Origin: an uncultured Pelagibacteraceae bacterium
GTDB taxonomy: Bacteria; Pseudomonadota; Alphaproteobacteria; Pelagibacterales; Pelagibacteraceae
Length of the DNA stretch: 64,000 bases
Direction: 5' to 3'
Assembly (NCBI GenBank): GCA_902594595.1
Contig: CACJMP010000004.1
Coordinates: forward strand, 2,130 to 66,129
The notes beneath the pieces were generated by a model. It saw only the letters and a program-made list of their open reading frames with translations, was not told the origin of the DNA and searched no databases. The stretch's first letter is position 1. Each line of letters begins with the position of its first letter. A program made the translations under genes and the position numbers. Shown in pieces: positions 40,878-51,847 of the stretch.

Positions 40878-41238
40878 ACTTTGAGAGATCAGGCTTAAAG
40901 TAATTTGGACCTTTCATAACCTTTCCATCATTGTTATAAATAGGCTTTCCATTAATATCTAGTTTACTCATATTTGAATTTTGAACCTCATCAAAACACT
41001 TATCTAGATCGATCCCAAAAGCGTGACCAGCTCCATATGTCACGTATAAAATATCTGTGAGCGCATCTGCAACTTCTAATAAATCTTTATTTTTCATTGC
41101 CTCATTCAATTCATCAAGTTCCTCCTTGATTAAATCTATCCTTAATTTGTTGATTTTATCTGTGCTAAATGAGGGTTTATTTTTAACTTCTTGTCCAAAA
41201 GTTTTCATAAAAATTCCAACCTTAATAAAATTAGACAT
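40867..41238 (-). CDS. MazG-like/PRA-PH family nucleoside triphosphate pyrophosphohydrolase
   Basis: LIKEELDEL...EVADALTDILYV, SNMSK, GKVMKGPNY. Confidence 0.85.
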   Translation of the reverse strand: MSNFIKVGIFMKTFGQEVKNKPSFSTDKINKLRIDLIKEELDELNEAMKNKDLLEVADALTDILYVTYGAGHAFGIDLDKCFDEVQNSNMSKLDINGKPIYNNDGKVMKGPNYFKPDLSKFIH

Positions 41239-41304
41239 ATTGCTCCTGTAAGTTTTATAAAATTAATGTATATTGATATTAATTTGATATTTACTTTTTA
41301 ATCA

Positions 41305-42693
41305 ATGAAATCAAGAAAAGAATTTGACAGTATTGGATCCATAAATGTCCCAAAGGATAAATATTGGGGTGCTTCTACACAACGATCAAAAAAATACTTT
41401 GATATAGGTGAGTTTCTAGTTAGACCAATTTTAATTAAATCTATTGCCATTATAAAAAAAGCTGCTGCAATTGTGCATAATAAAGAAAAACAAATTTCAC
41501 CAAAAATTTCTAAAGCAATTGTAAAAGCTTCAAATGAGGTGATTTCTGGTAAATTAAATGATCATTTTCCATTAAAAGTTTGGCAAACTGGATCTGGCAC
41601 ACAAACAAACATGAACGTTAACGAGGTGATAGCTAATAGAGCTATAGAGATTTTGGGGGGGAAAAAAGGAACAAAAAAACCTGTACATCCTAATGATCAT
41701 GTCAATAAATCTCAGTCAACAAACGATGTGTTTCCCACTGCTATGCATATTGCTATAGCACTAGAGACAAAAAATAAGTTAATTCCATCTTTAGAATTGC
41801 TAAATAAAGAATTAAAAAAAAAAGTTAATAAATTCAGAAGTATAATAAAAGTTGGTAGAACACATTTACAAGATGCAACCCCATTATCTTTGGGTCAGGA
41901 ATTCTCTGGATACCAATCCCAACTAGAAGATTGTATTTTAAGAATTAAAAATGCTCTAAGCGAAATTTATTCTTTAGCACAAGGAGGAACTGCTGTAGGT
42001 ACGGGAATTAATAGCAAGAAAGGTTTTGATAAAAAAATCATTAAAGAAATCAGAAAAATTACAAAACTTCCTTTTAAACCAACTAAAAATAAATTTGCTG
42101 CTTTAGCTGCACATGATGAAATTGTAAATTTTTCAGGAACTTTAAACACAGCAGCAGTTTGCTTGATGAAAATAGCTAATGATATTCGGTTTTTAGGCTC
42201 TGGACCTAGAGCTGGATATGGAGAAATTATTTTACCAGCAAATGAGCCTGGGTCGTCAATAATGCCAGGTAAAGTAAATCCAACTCAATCCGAAGCGGTA
42301 ACAATGGTTTGCGTGAAAGTAATCGGAAACCATAATGGAATTACAATGGCTGGCTCACATGGTCATTTTGAGCTAAATGTTTTTAAACCTTTAATTGCTC
42401 ATAACATTTTACAATCAATTGATTTATTAGCTGATAGCACTAGAAACTTTTCGCTTTTCTGCATAAAGGGATTGAAAGCAGATAAGATAAAAATTAAAGA
42501 GTATTTAGATAATTCTTTAATGTTAGTTACCTCACTAGCGCCGTATATCGGGTATGATAATGCAGCGAAAATTGCTAAAACAGCTTTAAAGAATAAAACT
42601 ACGCTCAAGTCAGAGGCATTAAAGTCAGGATTAATTGACGAAAAAAAATATGATAGAATTGTTAATCCAAAGAAAATGATAAAACCTTTATAA
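41305..42693 (+). CDS. fumC: Class II fumarate hydratase
   Basis: WQTGSGTQTNMN, HPNDHVN, GRTHLQDATP, GSSIMPGKVNPTQ. Confidence 0.99.
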   Translation: MKSRKEFDSIGSINVPKDKYWGASTQRSKKYFDIGEFLVRPILIKSIAIIKKAAAIVHNKEKQISPKISKAIVKASNEVISGKLNDHFPLKVWQTGSGTQTNMNVNEVIANRAIEILGGKKGTKKPVHPNDHVNKSQSTNDVFPTAMHIAIALETKNKLIPSLELLNKELKKKVNKFRSIIKVGRTHLQDATPLSLGQEFSGYQSQLEDCILRIKNALSEIYSLAQGGTAVGTGINSKKGFDKKIIKEIRKITKLPFKPTKNKFAALAAHDEIVNFSGTLNTAAVCLMKIANDIRFLGSGPRAGYGEIILPANEPGSSIMPGKVNPTQSEAVTMVCVKVIGNHNGITMAGSHGHFELNVFKPLIAHNILQSIDLLADSTRNFSLFCIKGLKADKIKIKEYLDNSLMLVTSLAPYIGYDNAAKIAKTALKNKTTLKSEALKSGLIDEKKYDRIVNPKKMIKPL

Positions 42694-44181
42694 TTCCTCA
42701 ATAAACGAATTAAAAAAATTTCTTAAATCTACTTTATTACTTATTATTAAATTATCTCGATTATATTTTTTTATTAAATTATTGATATTTTCATTTGAGT
42801 AATTGTCAATAATTACTTTTTCTAAAATTAAATTATTTTTTAAAAAATCATATTTAGTTGTTATATAAATTGTGTCTATTTTTTTTCTATATTTTTTTTT
42901 TGTTTGAAAAAATTTATATAAATTTGAATGATCGTATATTGATATTTCAAAAGTGCCCAAAAAATATTGTTTTTTTGAATTAACGAATTTGCTATCAATT
43001 AAATTAACCTTTAAAATGTCCTTGAGCAAAAAATTAGTTTGATTGAAATTGAGTGATTGATTTTCATAGTTAATATTCAAATTTAAATTTTTTAATTTTC
43101 TATGATTAGAAATATTTTTTGATTTTACTTCAATATTAAAATTTAAATTTTCATTCATAAATATGTTAGATTTCAAAATTTCAAGAAATAAAGAGTCATT
43201 ACTTATTAAATTTCTTAAATTGATACTTTTGAGATTTATCTCTAAATTTGAAGAAAATGGTGAAAAATTAATAATTCCATTATAAAGAGATTTATCACCA
43301 ACTTTTTCATCAGAATAAAATTTTAATATATCATTATGAAATGTGTAGAGTGTATCGTATTTCTTTCTCGAATCAAAATAACTAAGGTTACCTTCTATCT
43401 TTTTATTTTTAAAATCAATATAATTAACAAATTTTTTATTAAGTTTATCAAATACTAGGTCTAGATTAGATCTGCTCCCCAAAAAATTATTTCTTAAGTT
43501 TAATTTAAAAGAGTTATTAAAAATCTCACCATTAACATCTAAATTATTTATGGCTTCTATATTGTCATAAATAGATTGACTTTTATTTATTGAAATAATT
43601 GAGTAAATATCCTCATCCTCATCTTTTACAAAGATTTTACTATTCAAAATAGTAATTTTTTTATCATTTATTTTTTTATTAAAAAAGCTTATCAGATTTT
43701 TTAAATCTTGTTTGAAAAAATCAAATTTTGCCTTTTTAATAACTACATTTTGGATGTTCATTTTATTTTTATCCAAAAATTTACTAAAAGTAAGATATAC
43801 TTTGACTAATTCAATTTGAGCTAATTCTCTTTTGTTTGAAATAAATTTAACATCTTTAAACCTAAAATGCGGTATTGGAAAAATTGCGTAATTTATCTTT
43901 TCACTAAAAACTATCTCAAAATCAAATTCTTTTTCAAATTGATTCTTAACTATCCCCTTCACCCAACTATCCTTATAAAAGGCAGGAGTTGATAAATGAA
44001 CAAACACTGAAAAAAAGATGATTATTAATGTAAATATGACCCGTTTATCAATAAGAAATAATCTAGTAAGTCTTTTCAGATTATTAAATTGTAAATTATC
44101 AAAAATATTTATTAATATTAAGTTAACTTTTTTTAAAAAGCTTAAAAAATTTTTTTTTGATACAAGATTAAAATTTAACAT
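42688..44181 (-). CDS. Hypothetical membrane-anchored protein, possibly AsmA-like
   Basis: N-terminal TM followed by INYAIFPIPHFRFKDV, similar to the AsmA N-terminus; beta-rich, N/K/F-rich remainder. Confidence 0.5.
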   Translation of the reverse strand: MLNFNLVSKKNFLSFLKKVNLILINIFDNLQFNNLKRLTRLFLIDKRVIFTLIIIFFSVFVHLSTPAFYKDSWVKGIVKNQFEKEFDFEIVFSEKINYAIFPIPHFRFKDVKFISNKRELAQIELVKVYLTFSKFLDKNKMNIQNVVIKKAKFDFFKQDLKNLISFFNKKINDKKITILNSKIFVKDEDEDIYSIISINKSQSIYDNIEAINNLDVNGEIFNNSFKLNLRNNFLGSRSNLDLVFDKLNKKFVNYIDFKNKKIEGNLSYFDSRKKYDTLYTFHNDILKFYSDEKVGDKSLYNGIINFSPFSSNLEINLKSINLRNLISNDSLFLEILKSNIFMNENLNFNIEVKSKNISNHRKLKNLNLNINYENQSLNFNQTNFLLKDILKVNLIDSKFVNSKKQYFLGTFEISIYDHSNLYKFFQTKKKYRKKIDTIYITTKYDFLKNNLILEKVIIDNYSNENINNLIKKYNRDNLIISNKVDLRNFFNSFIEEL

Positions 44182-44211
44182 TTAAAATAAAGTTATATAA
44201 AATAATTAAAA

Positions 44212-46248
44212 ATGATAAACTCCGAATTTATAAAATCTCTCAACACAGCTCAAAAAGAGGCTGTAACTCACTTAGATGGGCCACTATTAATAGTGGCCGG
44301 AGCAGGCTCAGGCAAAACTAAGGTGCTTACCTCAAGAATTGTTAATCTCATAAAAGAAAAGAAAGCTTTTCCAAACCAAATATTGGCAGTCACCTTCACA
44401 AATAAAGCAGCAAAAGAAATGCAGGATAGAGTGAGCAAATTACTAAAAAATGAAGCAACTGGTTTATCTTGGCTAGGCACATTTCACTCAATTTGTGCTA
44501 AATTACTAAGAAGACACGCTCCTGCGGTAAATTTGAATTCAAACTTTACAATTATAGATACAGATGATCAATCTAGATTAATTAAAAGTATTTGTAAGTC
44601 TGAGAATATTGATACCAAACAACTATCTCCAAAATTTATTTTATCTGTAATTGATAAATGGAAAAATAAAGGACTTTATCCAAATGAAGTTATTTTAAAA
44701 AATAAAGATGTTTACGAAAAAAATATATTATCTTTATACAAAATTTATCAACAAAAACTAGTTGACTTAAATTCTTGTGATTTTGGTGACCTTATATTAC
44801 ATACTGTTAAGATTTTTGAAAAAAACAACGATATTAAAGAAATATACAGTAAAAATTTTAGATATATACTTGTTGATGAATATCAAGATACAAATTTTAT
44901 ACAAAGTAAATGGTTAAACATATTAGCAGAGAAAAATAGAAATATTTGTTGTGTTGGGGATGATGACCAATCAATCTATAGTTGGCGTGGGGCAGAAATA
45001 AAAAATTTTTTAGATTTTGATAAGATTTATAAAGAAACAAAAATAATTAGATTAGAAGAAAACTATAGATCAACCCAAAATATTTTATCTGTTGCAGCAA
45101 CTTTGATATCTAATAATAAAGATAGAGTTGGTAAAACATTAAAATCTACAAAAAAAAAAGGTGATTTGGTAAAACTAAACTGTTATAAGAATGGAAAAGA
45201 TGAAGCAGTTGGTATTTCCGATGAATTAGAACAAAATTTAAAAAATAAAGTTTCATTTAATAAAATAGCGATTTTAGTCAGGGCAATATTTCAAACAAGA
45301 GAATTCGAAGAACGATTTCTTAAAATTGGTATCCCATATAGAATAATTGGAGGTATTAAGTTTTATGAAAGAGCAGAGATAAAGGATTGTATTGCATACC
45401 TGAGAATAATTTTCCAAGAAAAAGATGATTTAGCATTTGAAAGAGTTGTCAATAACCCCAAAAGGTCAATTGGTGATAGCACAATAAATCAGATTCATGA
45501 ATATGCTAAAAAAAACTTATTAAGCCTGGAAAAATCTGCAAAAAAATTAATTGAATTGAATTTGATTAAGCCAAAAACTAAAATAGGACTTTTATCGTTT
45601 CTGAATTTAATTGATAAATGGAGATACGAACTTAATATAAAAAAATTAAATCATATAAAGCTTTTACAAATTGTTCTCGATGAGTCAGGTTATTCATCAA
45701 TGTTGAAAAATAAAAAAGATTTAGAAAATGAAAATAGACTTGAAAATATAAAGGAACTTTTAAGTGCTATGAAAGAATTTGATAATTTGGAGAGTTTTTT
45801 AGAACATGTCTCGCTAGCAACCTCTATTGATCAAGTATGGGATGGAGAAAAAGTTAATATGATGACAATGCACGCATCCAAGGGTTTAGAATTTGAAGTT
45901 GTTTTTCTACCAGGTTGGGAGGAGGGTTTATTTCCTCACCAAAAATCTATAGAAGAAAAAGGCCAAAATGGTTTGGAGGAAGAAAGAAGACTTGCATACG
46001 TTGGTATTACCAGGGCCAAAAAAAATGCCATTATATCTTTCTCAATGAATAGATTTTACCAAGGTGACTGGATTGACAGCATGGCATCAAGATTTATCGA
46101 CGAATTGCCTGAGAAATATTTGCAGAAAAATTCATCTTTTGATGAAGTAAAAGATGAAATGGATGATTTTGAATTTAACCAAGATTTTGAGGAAAATGAT
46201 AATATTAGAAGCCCTGGATGGATAAGATATCAAAAAAGACTTAAATGA
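44212..46248 (+). CDS. uvrD: ATP-dependent DNA helicase UvrD/PcrA
   Basis: AGAGSGKT, TFTNKAA, LVDEYQDTN, VGDDDQSIYSWRGA, NYRST, TMHASKGLEF, EERRLAYVGITRA. Confidence 0.97.
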   Translation: MINSEFIKSLNTAQKEAVTHLDGPLLIVAGAGSGKTKVLTSRIVNLIKEKKAFPNQILAVTFTNKAAKEMQDRVSKLLKNEATGLSWLGTFHSICAKLLRRHAPAVNLNSNFTIIDTDDQSRLIKSICKSENIDTKQLSPKFILSVIDKWKNKGLYPNEVILKNKDVYEKNILSLYKIYQQKLVDLNSCDFGDLILHTVKIFEKNNDIKEIYSKNFRYILVDEYQDTNFIQSKWLNILAEKNRNICCVGDDDQSIYSWRGAEIKNFLDFDKIYKETKIIRLEENYRSTQNILSVAATLISNNKDRVGKTLKSTKKKGDLVKLNCYKNGKDEAVGISDELEQNLKNKVSFNKIAILVRAIFQTREFEERFLKIGIPYRIIGGIKFYERAEIKDCIAYLRIIFQEKDDLAFERVVNNPKRSIGDSTINQIHEYAKKNLLSLEKSAKKLIELNLIKPKTKIGLLSFLNLIDKWRYELNIKKLNHIKLLQIVLDESGYSSMLKNKKDLENENRLENIKELLSAMKEFDNLESFLEHVSLATSIDQVWDGEKVNMMTMHASKGLEFEVVFLPGWEEGLFPHQKSIEEKGQNGLEEERRLAYVGITRAKKNAIISFSMNRFYQGDWIDSMASRFIDELPEKYLQKNSSFDEVKDEMDDFEFNQDFEENDNIRSPGWIRYQKRLK

Positions 46249-47942
46249 TTAAAGAGAGAATATTTAAATTAAGACACAAATTTAAGGAATTTAATATAGA
46301 TGGTTATGTTGTTCCCAAAAATGACGAATTTTTTTCAGAGTATTCTCAAAAAGATAGGCTAAAAACTATTTCTAATTTTACTGGGTCTGCTGGTTATGCA
46401 ATTATTCTTAGGAAGAAAAATTATTTATTCGTTGACGGTAGATATTCAATTCAAGCTGAAAAAGAATGTGCTAAAGAATTTAAAATCATCAACTTAAATA
46501 AAATTCAAAACTGTAAATTATTTAAAAATCTAGTACTTGGGTTAGATCCAAAACTATTTACCTTTAAACAAATAAATAATTTTTTTAAGAAGTACAATAA
46601 AATTAAAGAAATCGAGAAAAATTTGATTGATAGTATTTACAATAATTACCTTTATAAATCTAAGCCTTTTTTTTCACTAAGTGAAAAAATTGTAGGAGAG
46701 AGCCATTTAATTAAAATAAAAAAAACTGCCTCGATTATCCAAAAAAATAAAGCAAATTATTTATTTATTACTGCACCTGAGAACGTTGCTTGGCTTTTGA
46801 ATATAAGAGGGAATGATAACCCTAACAGTCCAATACCAAATTGTCGACTGATAATTGATAATAATAAAGAAATTTTCTTAGTCTGCGAAAAAATAAAAGC
46901 TCAAAACTTAATAAAAGAAAAAAAAATTAAAAAAAAAAATTTAATTTTACCTAATGACTTTAAGTCATTTATAAAAAAACTAAAAAAAAATAGAATAATA
47001 ATTGATGAAAAAAGCTGTTCTTTATTTTATGAAAATATTTTAAAAAAAAGATTTTTAATAATTAATAAGGTTGATCCAATCTATTTAATGAAATCTATTA
47101 AGAATAAAGTAGAAATTGATTACATGATAAAGAGCCATATTTTTGATGGAATTGCTCTTACCAAATTTTTATATTGGATTAAAAATAAAAACAAAAAGGA
47201 AATCAATGAATACCAAGCTCAATCAAAATTAGAAAATTTTAGAAAAAAAAATAAAGATTATTTGTATCCAAGCTTTAATACTATTGCTGGTGCAGGAGAA
47301 AATGGGGCTATCGTACATTATAAAGCTGATAAGACTAAATCAAAAAAAATTAAAAAAAATGATATTTTTTTGTGTGACTCAGGTGGACAGTATCGTTATG
47401 GAACTACGGATGTAACAAGAACAATTTGTTTTTCAAAACCAAAAAAAAATATAAAAGAAATTTTCACAAAAGTATTAAAAGGTCATATTGCAATTGCGAC
47501 TGCAGATCTAAGTAAAAACTTCAATGGTAAATTATTAGATCCATTAGCAAGAAGATATCTTATAAAAAGTGGATTAAATTATGAGCATGGGACTGGTCAT
47601 GGTGTTGGTTTTTTTTTAAATGTACATGAAGGTCCTCAATCAATATCCAAAAACAGTAATGTTAAATTTCAGGAAGGAATGATTTTAAGTAACGAACCTG
47701 GATTTTATAAAAAAGGTAAATTTGGAATAAGAATTGAAAATCTTGTTTATATAAAAAAAGTTAATAAAACACTATTATTTCAAAATCTTACGCTAGCTCC
47801 AATAGAAAAAGAATTAATTAACTTCAAAAAGTTGAAGAAAGGCGAAAAAGACTATTTGTTTAATTATCACTTAAATGTTTACTCAAAATTATCACCTTTT
47901 TTAAAAAAAGATGAGAGAAAATGGTTAGCTTCATTTATTTAA
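46245..47942 (+). CDS. pepP: Xaa-Pro aminopeptidase (M24)
   Basis: FTGSAG, FVDGRY, DSGGQY..GTTDVTRT, HGTGHGVG, HEGP, SNEPG, GIRIEN. Confidence 0.92.
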   Translation: MIKERIFKLRHKFKEFNIDGYVVPKNDEFFSEYSQKDRLKTISNFTGSAGYAIILRKKNYLFVDGRYSIQAEKECAKEFKIINLNKIQNCKLFKNLVLGLDPKLFTFKQINNFFKKYNKIKEIEKNLIDSIYNNYLYKSKPFFSLSEKIVGESHLIKIKKTASIIQKNKANYLFITAPENVAWLLNIRGNDNPNSPIPNCRLIIDNNKEIFLVCEKIKAQNLIKEKKIKKKNLILPNDFKSFIKKLKKNRIIIDEKSCSLFYENILKKRFLIINKVDPIYLMKSIKNKVEIDYMIKSHIFDGIALTKFLYWIKNKNKKEINEYQAQSKLENFRKKNKDYLYPSFNTIAGAGENGAIVHYKADKTKSKKIKKNDIFLCDSGGQYRYGTTDVTRTICFSKPKKNIKEIFTKVLKGHIAIATADLSKNFNGKLLDPLARRYLIKSGLNYEHGTGHGVGFFLNVHEGPQSISKNSNVKFQEGMILSNEPGFYKKGKFGIRIENLVYIKKVNKTLLFQNLTLAPIEKELINFKKLKKGEKDYLFNYHLNVYSKLSPFLKKDERKWLASFI

Positions 47943-49955
47943 CATATTAATTAAATCTGTTTGGTTGAGAACTTTAACTCCTAGTTCATTTGCAATATCG
48001 ACTTTTCTTTTTGTTGGTTTATCACCCACAACAAGATAATTTAGTCTTTTTGATACATTGCTGATTATTGAACCAGAATTTTGTTCTATCAAAGACTTAG
48101 CCTCAGCTCTACTAATTCCATTAAGCTTTCCAGTTAACATAAATGTTTTATCTCTTAGGGGTCCATTTTTTGTTAACTCTTTACTATTTTCAATCGACAA
48201 AACTTCATTTAGTTCATGGACTACATTTAAATTAGTTTGATTCATAAAGAAATTTTTAATTGATTTGATTTGAGTTTCTCCAATACCATCAATATTTAAT
48301 AATTCGTCGATTTTATTAATCTTTGATAACTGTAAAAATTTTTTCATATTTTTAAGGTGTTTTGATATTATTTTTGCATTTTCAAGTCCTATATGTCTTA
48401 TCCCAAGAGAATAAATTAAACGATCAAGAGAAATTTTTTTTCGTAAATTTATAGAGTATTTTAAATTTGCCACAGATTGAGCTCCCCAACCATCCAAATT
48501 TTTAATTTTATTAAAATCTAAATTAAAAATGTCCTGAGGAAGTTTAATTAAATTTAAGTTCCAAAAATTTTCAACTATTTTTTTTCCAAAACCCTCAATA
48601 TTAAGAGCATCTTTTGAAACAAAATGTTTAATTTTTTCTATTGAAATTTTTTCACACTCAAATCCTTCACTAGAGCATCTTCGTACAGCGTCATTTTTTT
48701 TTGTAACAGAGTTAAAATCTTTAATTGTTAAAGCACCACATGAAGGACATTTGGTTGGAAATAAAAATTTTTTAGAATTTTTATCTCTTTTTTTGACTTC
48801 AATTGAAGTAATATGTGGAATTACATCTCCAGCTCTTTCAATCCTAGCAATATCACCTACCCTAATATCTTTTCTTTTGATTTCATCTTCATTATGCAAA
48901 GTTGCATTAGAAACAATTACTCCACCAATATTAATTGGTTTAATTTTTGCCACTGGTGTAAGCGCTCCAGTTCTTCCTATTTGTATTTCTATGTTTAATA
49001 TTTTTGATACACCGCTATTAGCTGAAAATTTGTGAGCAACAGCCCATCGTGGCGCATTTGATATGTTTCCTAATCGTCTTTGTAATTGAAAATCATTAAC
49101 TTTATAAACAATACCATCTATATCAAAGTCCAAATCATCTCTTTTATTTTCTAAAGATTTATAGTTTTTTAATAAATTATCGATCCCTATTATTTTTTTA
49201 TTTAATGGATTTATCTTAAAACCCCACTTACTTAAGTTTTTAAGAAATTCAGTTTGTGAATTAATTTGAAATTTTTTGTAAAAACCAAAAGTATAGGCAA
49301 TAAACTTTAAAGGAATTTTTTTTGTTTCATTTGGATTTTTTTGTCGTAGTGAACCAGACGCAGCATTTCTCGGATTAGCAAACTTGCTAGATAGTTTTTT
49401 AAAATCAGAATTTTTAATGAAAACTTCTCCTCTTATATCTATTTCTTCTGGAAAATCTTTTTCCAAAATTTTTTTAGGAATATCATTAATAGTTTTTAAA
49501 TTTTCTGTTATGTCTTCTCCCTCGTTACCATCTCCTCTAGACAATCCAGTAACAAATTCACCATTTTTATAAATTAAAGATGCCGATATACCATCTATTT
49601 TTGGTTCAGCACTATACTCAATTTTAAAATCATTCTTTTTATTAAGGTAATTTAATATTTTTTTTTCAAAATTGTGTAAATCCTCTTTGTCAAATGCATT
49701 GGATAATGACAACATCGGGACTTTATGTTTTTTCTTTTTAAAATTTTTTGATGGCTTAAAACCTACTGTTAAACTTGGTGAATTAGGATTTTTCAAAAAA
49801 TCATATTTATTTTCAAAATCAATAATATCTTTTTTTAATTTATCGTATTCCGAGTCAGTTATAATTGGAGAGCTTTTATCATAATAAGCAGAATTATATT
49901 TTTGAAGTTGAGAAATTTTTTTTAAATACTCTTTTTTTAAAAGTTTTTCATTCAT
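47931..49955 (-). CDS. ligA: NAD-dependent DNA ligase
   Basis: PMLSL, EPKIDG, RGDG..GED, NPRNAASGSLRQ, GRTG, RAGDVIP, zinc finger, C-terminal BRCT. Confidence 0.98.
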   Translation of the reverse strand: MNEKLLKKEYLKKISQLQKYNSAYYDKSSPIITDSEYDKLKKDIIDFENKYDFLKNPNSPSLTVGFKPSKNFKKKKHKVPMLSLSNAFDKEDLHNFEKKILNYLNKKNDFKIEYSAEPKIDGISASLIYKNGEFVTGLSRGDGNEGEDITENLKTINDIPKKILEKDFPEEIDIRGEVFIKNSDFKKLSSKFANPRNAASGSLRQKNPNETKKIPLKFIAYTFGFYKKFQINSQTEFLKNLSKWGFKINPLNKKIIGIDNLLKNYKSLENKRDDLDFDIDGIVYKVNDFQLQRRLGNISNAPRWAVAHKFSANSGVSKILNIEIQIGRTGALTPVAKIKPINIGGVIVSNATLHNEDEIKRKDIRVGDIARIERAGDVIPHITSIEVKKRDKNSKKFLFPTKCPSCGALTIKDFNSVTKKNDAVRRCSSEGFECEKISIEKIKHFVSKDALNIEGFGKKIVENFWNLNLIKLPQDIFNLDFNKIKNLDGWGAQSVANLKYSINLRKKISLDRLIYSLGIRHIGLENAKIISKHLKNMKKFLQLSKINKIDELLNIDGIGETQIKSIKNFFMNQTNLNVVHELNEVLSIENSKELTKNGPLRDKTFMLTGKLNGISRAEAKSLIEQNSGSIISNVSKRLNYLVVGDKPTKRKVDIANELGVKVLNQTDLINMLNK

Positions 49956-50819
49956 TTAGTCAAAAAGATTTTTAAATCTTTTTTTAAATTTTTTAAATAT
50001 TGATTTTTTATCTGTTTCTTTAATAGAAAAAATTTCTTTTTCACTCAAATCATAATCTTTATTGAATATCTTGTAAGATGCCTTGTACCAGGCACTAGAA
50101 CCATAATTATAACCTAATAAAGTAGCATATTTTTTGGCCTCATCTTCAAGTCCAATAATATAATGAATTTCTGCTAATCTATAAATTGCTTCTTCGACAT
50201 AAACGCTGGTTTCATAATTTTCTAATACATTTTTAAATCTGTTAATTGCAGCGACCCATTTTTGAGATTTTTGATAATGTCTTCCCACATACATTTCTTT
50301 TCCAGCCAATCGATCAGTTATAAGTCCTAACTTAAAACCAGCATCAATAGCAAATTCTGTATTAGGATAGTTTTTAATTAAAAATTCAAATTCTTTTTTT
50401 GCTTTTAGAAGAGGATCTAAATCTCTTCCTTCATCTATTATGTTTTCATAATAACACATTCCTAAAAGATAGTGTGCGTAATCAATATCTTTATGTTTAG
50501 GGTATACTTTTAAGTATCTATTCAGATGATAAGTTGCATCTGAATAATAATCATCAGAATAATATACATATGCGGTCATCAAAGCCGCTATTGGAGCCCA
50601 ATCAGATTGTGGAAAAATTAATTCTGCCTCGTTAAATTTTTTTGCAGCAAAAAGAGTATCTTTCTCTAAGAATGCTTCATAACCTTCTTTATAAAGTTCT
50701 ATCATTTGAGATTTTAAATCTTTATTTTCTAGAACTGTTATTTTCGTCTCTTTTTTTGAACAAGAAATCTGAGATAAAATTATAAATGCTATCATAAACA
50801 ATTTTAAGATGAAATTCAT
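49956..50819 (-). CDS. bamD: Outer membrane protein assembly factor BamD
   Basis: Lipoprotein signal (QISC), TPRs, YAHYLLGMCYY, AAINRF, LGYNYGSSAWY; position between lpxC and ligA. Confidence 0.92.
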   Translation of the reverse strand: MNFILKLFMIAFIILSQISCSKKETKITVLENKDLKSQMIELYKEGYEAFLEKDTLFAAKKFNEAELIFPQSDWAPIAALMTAYVYYSDDYYSDATYHLNRYLKVYPKHKDIDYAHYLLGMCYYENIIDEGRDLDPLLKAKKEFEFLIKNYPNTEFAIDAGFKLGLITDRLAGKEMYVGRHYQKSQKWVAAINRFKNVLENYETSVYVEEAIYRLAEIHYIIGLEDEAKKYATLLGYNYGSSAWYKASYKIFNKDYDLSEKEIFSIKETDKKSIFKKFKKRFKNLFD

Positions 50820-50857
50820 CTAATGATAATACCAGATTATTTTTTAAAGAAAAACTT

Positions 50858-51778
50858 TTAAGCTATAGATCTTAGACTCTGTTTATTAACTAATGAATGT
50901 GGAACATTTTTTTCATTAATTTCAAGAATAGAATAATTTTCTCTGTTTTGGAAAACTTTTCTCAATAAATCATTTGTTAATTTATGGCCACCCTGAGAAC
51001 ATCTTATTTTTCCAATTATCTTATAACCTGATAGGAACAGATCTCCCATACAATCAAGAATCTTGTGATTTACAAATTCTTTTTTATTTCTAAGACCTTC
51101 TTTGTTTAAGAGTTTGGAGCCCTTTACAACCAAAGCATTATCTAAAGAACCACCCACGGCAAAACCCATAGATCTTAATTTTTCTATATCTTCATATAAG
51201 CAAAAAGTCCTCGAATTGAAGATATTTTCTAAATCATCCTCATAAACTTTCAAAACATTTCTTTGGCTTCCGATAAGTTGGTTCTCATATTTAATCTCAA
51301 AATCTATTTCTAAATTTATTTTACTTGGCTGAATAGATATAAATTTTTTACCATCATTGAAGTCAATTAATTTATCTATTCTTATAACTTTTATTGGAGT
51401 ATTACTTACTTCAATACCTGCTTTGATTATTTCATTTACAAATTTTTTTGCTGATCCATCTAAAATTGGCACTTCTTCGTTATCAATTTCTACTACAGCA
51501 TTGTCTATACCAATACCATAAAATGCTCCCATTAAATGTTCAATTGTTGAAACTTTTACATTAAATTCATTTGATACTGTAGTGCATAACATTGCGTTAC
51601 TAACATTATTAACGTGTGGATAAATTACATTATCTTTATTTAAATCTTTTCTAATAAATACGATGCCATTGTTAGGCAAAGCAGGTTTAATTATTAGTTT
51701 TGCAAATTTACCAGAGTGCAGACCCACGCCTTCTAATTTTATAATATTTTTAATAGTTTTTTGCTTGTGAAAAGACAT
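50858..51778 (-). CDS. lpxC: UDP-3-O-acyl-GlcNAc deacetylase
   Basis: GVGLHSG, TIEHLM, EVPILDGSA, SRTF, GGSLDNA, HKILDCMGDL, GGH. Confidence 0.97.
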   Translation of the reverse strand: MSFHKQKTIKNIIKLEGVGLHSGKFAKLIIKPALPNNGIVFIRKDLNKDNVIYPHVNNVSNAMLCTTVSNEFNVKVSTIEHLMGAFYGIGIDNAVVEIDNEEVPILDGSAKKFVNEIIKAGIEVSNTPIKVIRIDKLIDFNDGKKFISIQPSKINLEIDFEIKYENQLIGSQRNVLKVYEDDLENIFNSRTFCLYEDIEKLRSMGFAVGGSLDNALVVKGSKLLNKEGLRNKKEFVNHKILDCMGDLFLSGYKIIGKIRCSQGGHKLTNDLLRKVFQNRENYSILEINEKNVPHSLVNKQSLRSIA

Positions 51779-51847
51779 CTTATGGATTTACACTCACTTC
51801 AATAAAGTCTAAACTCAAGAAATATTACAATTAGCTACTTAAATTTA

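Noticed and set aside
40867-41238. MazG-like gene as a phage or abortive-infection component
   Set aside because: It is a lone gene among core genes (ygfZ, fumC); a house-cleaning NTP pyrophosphatase is the simpler explanation
41270-41300. TTGATATT direct repeat upstream of fumC
   Set aside because: Two short AT-rich copies are expected by chance at this base composition
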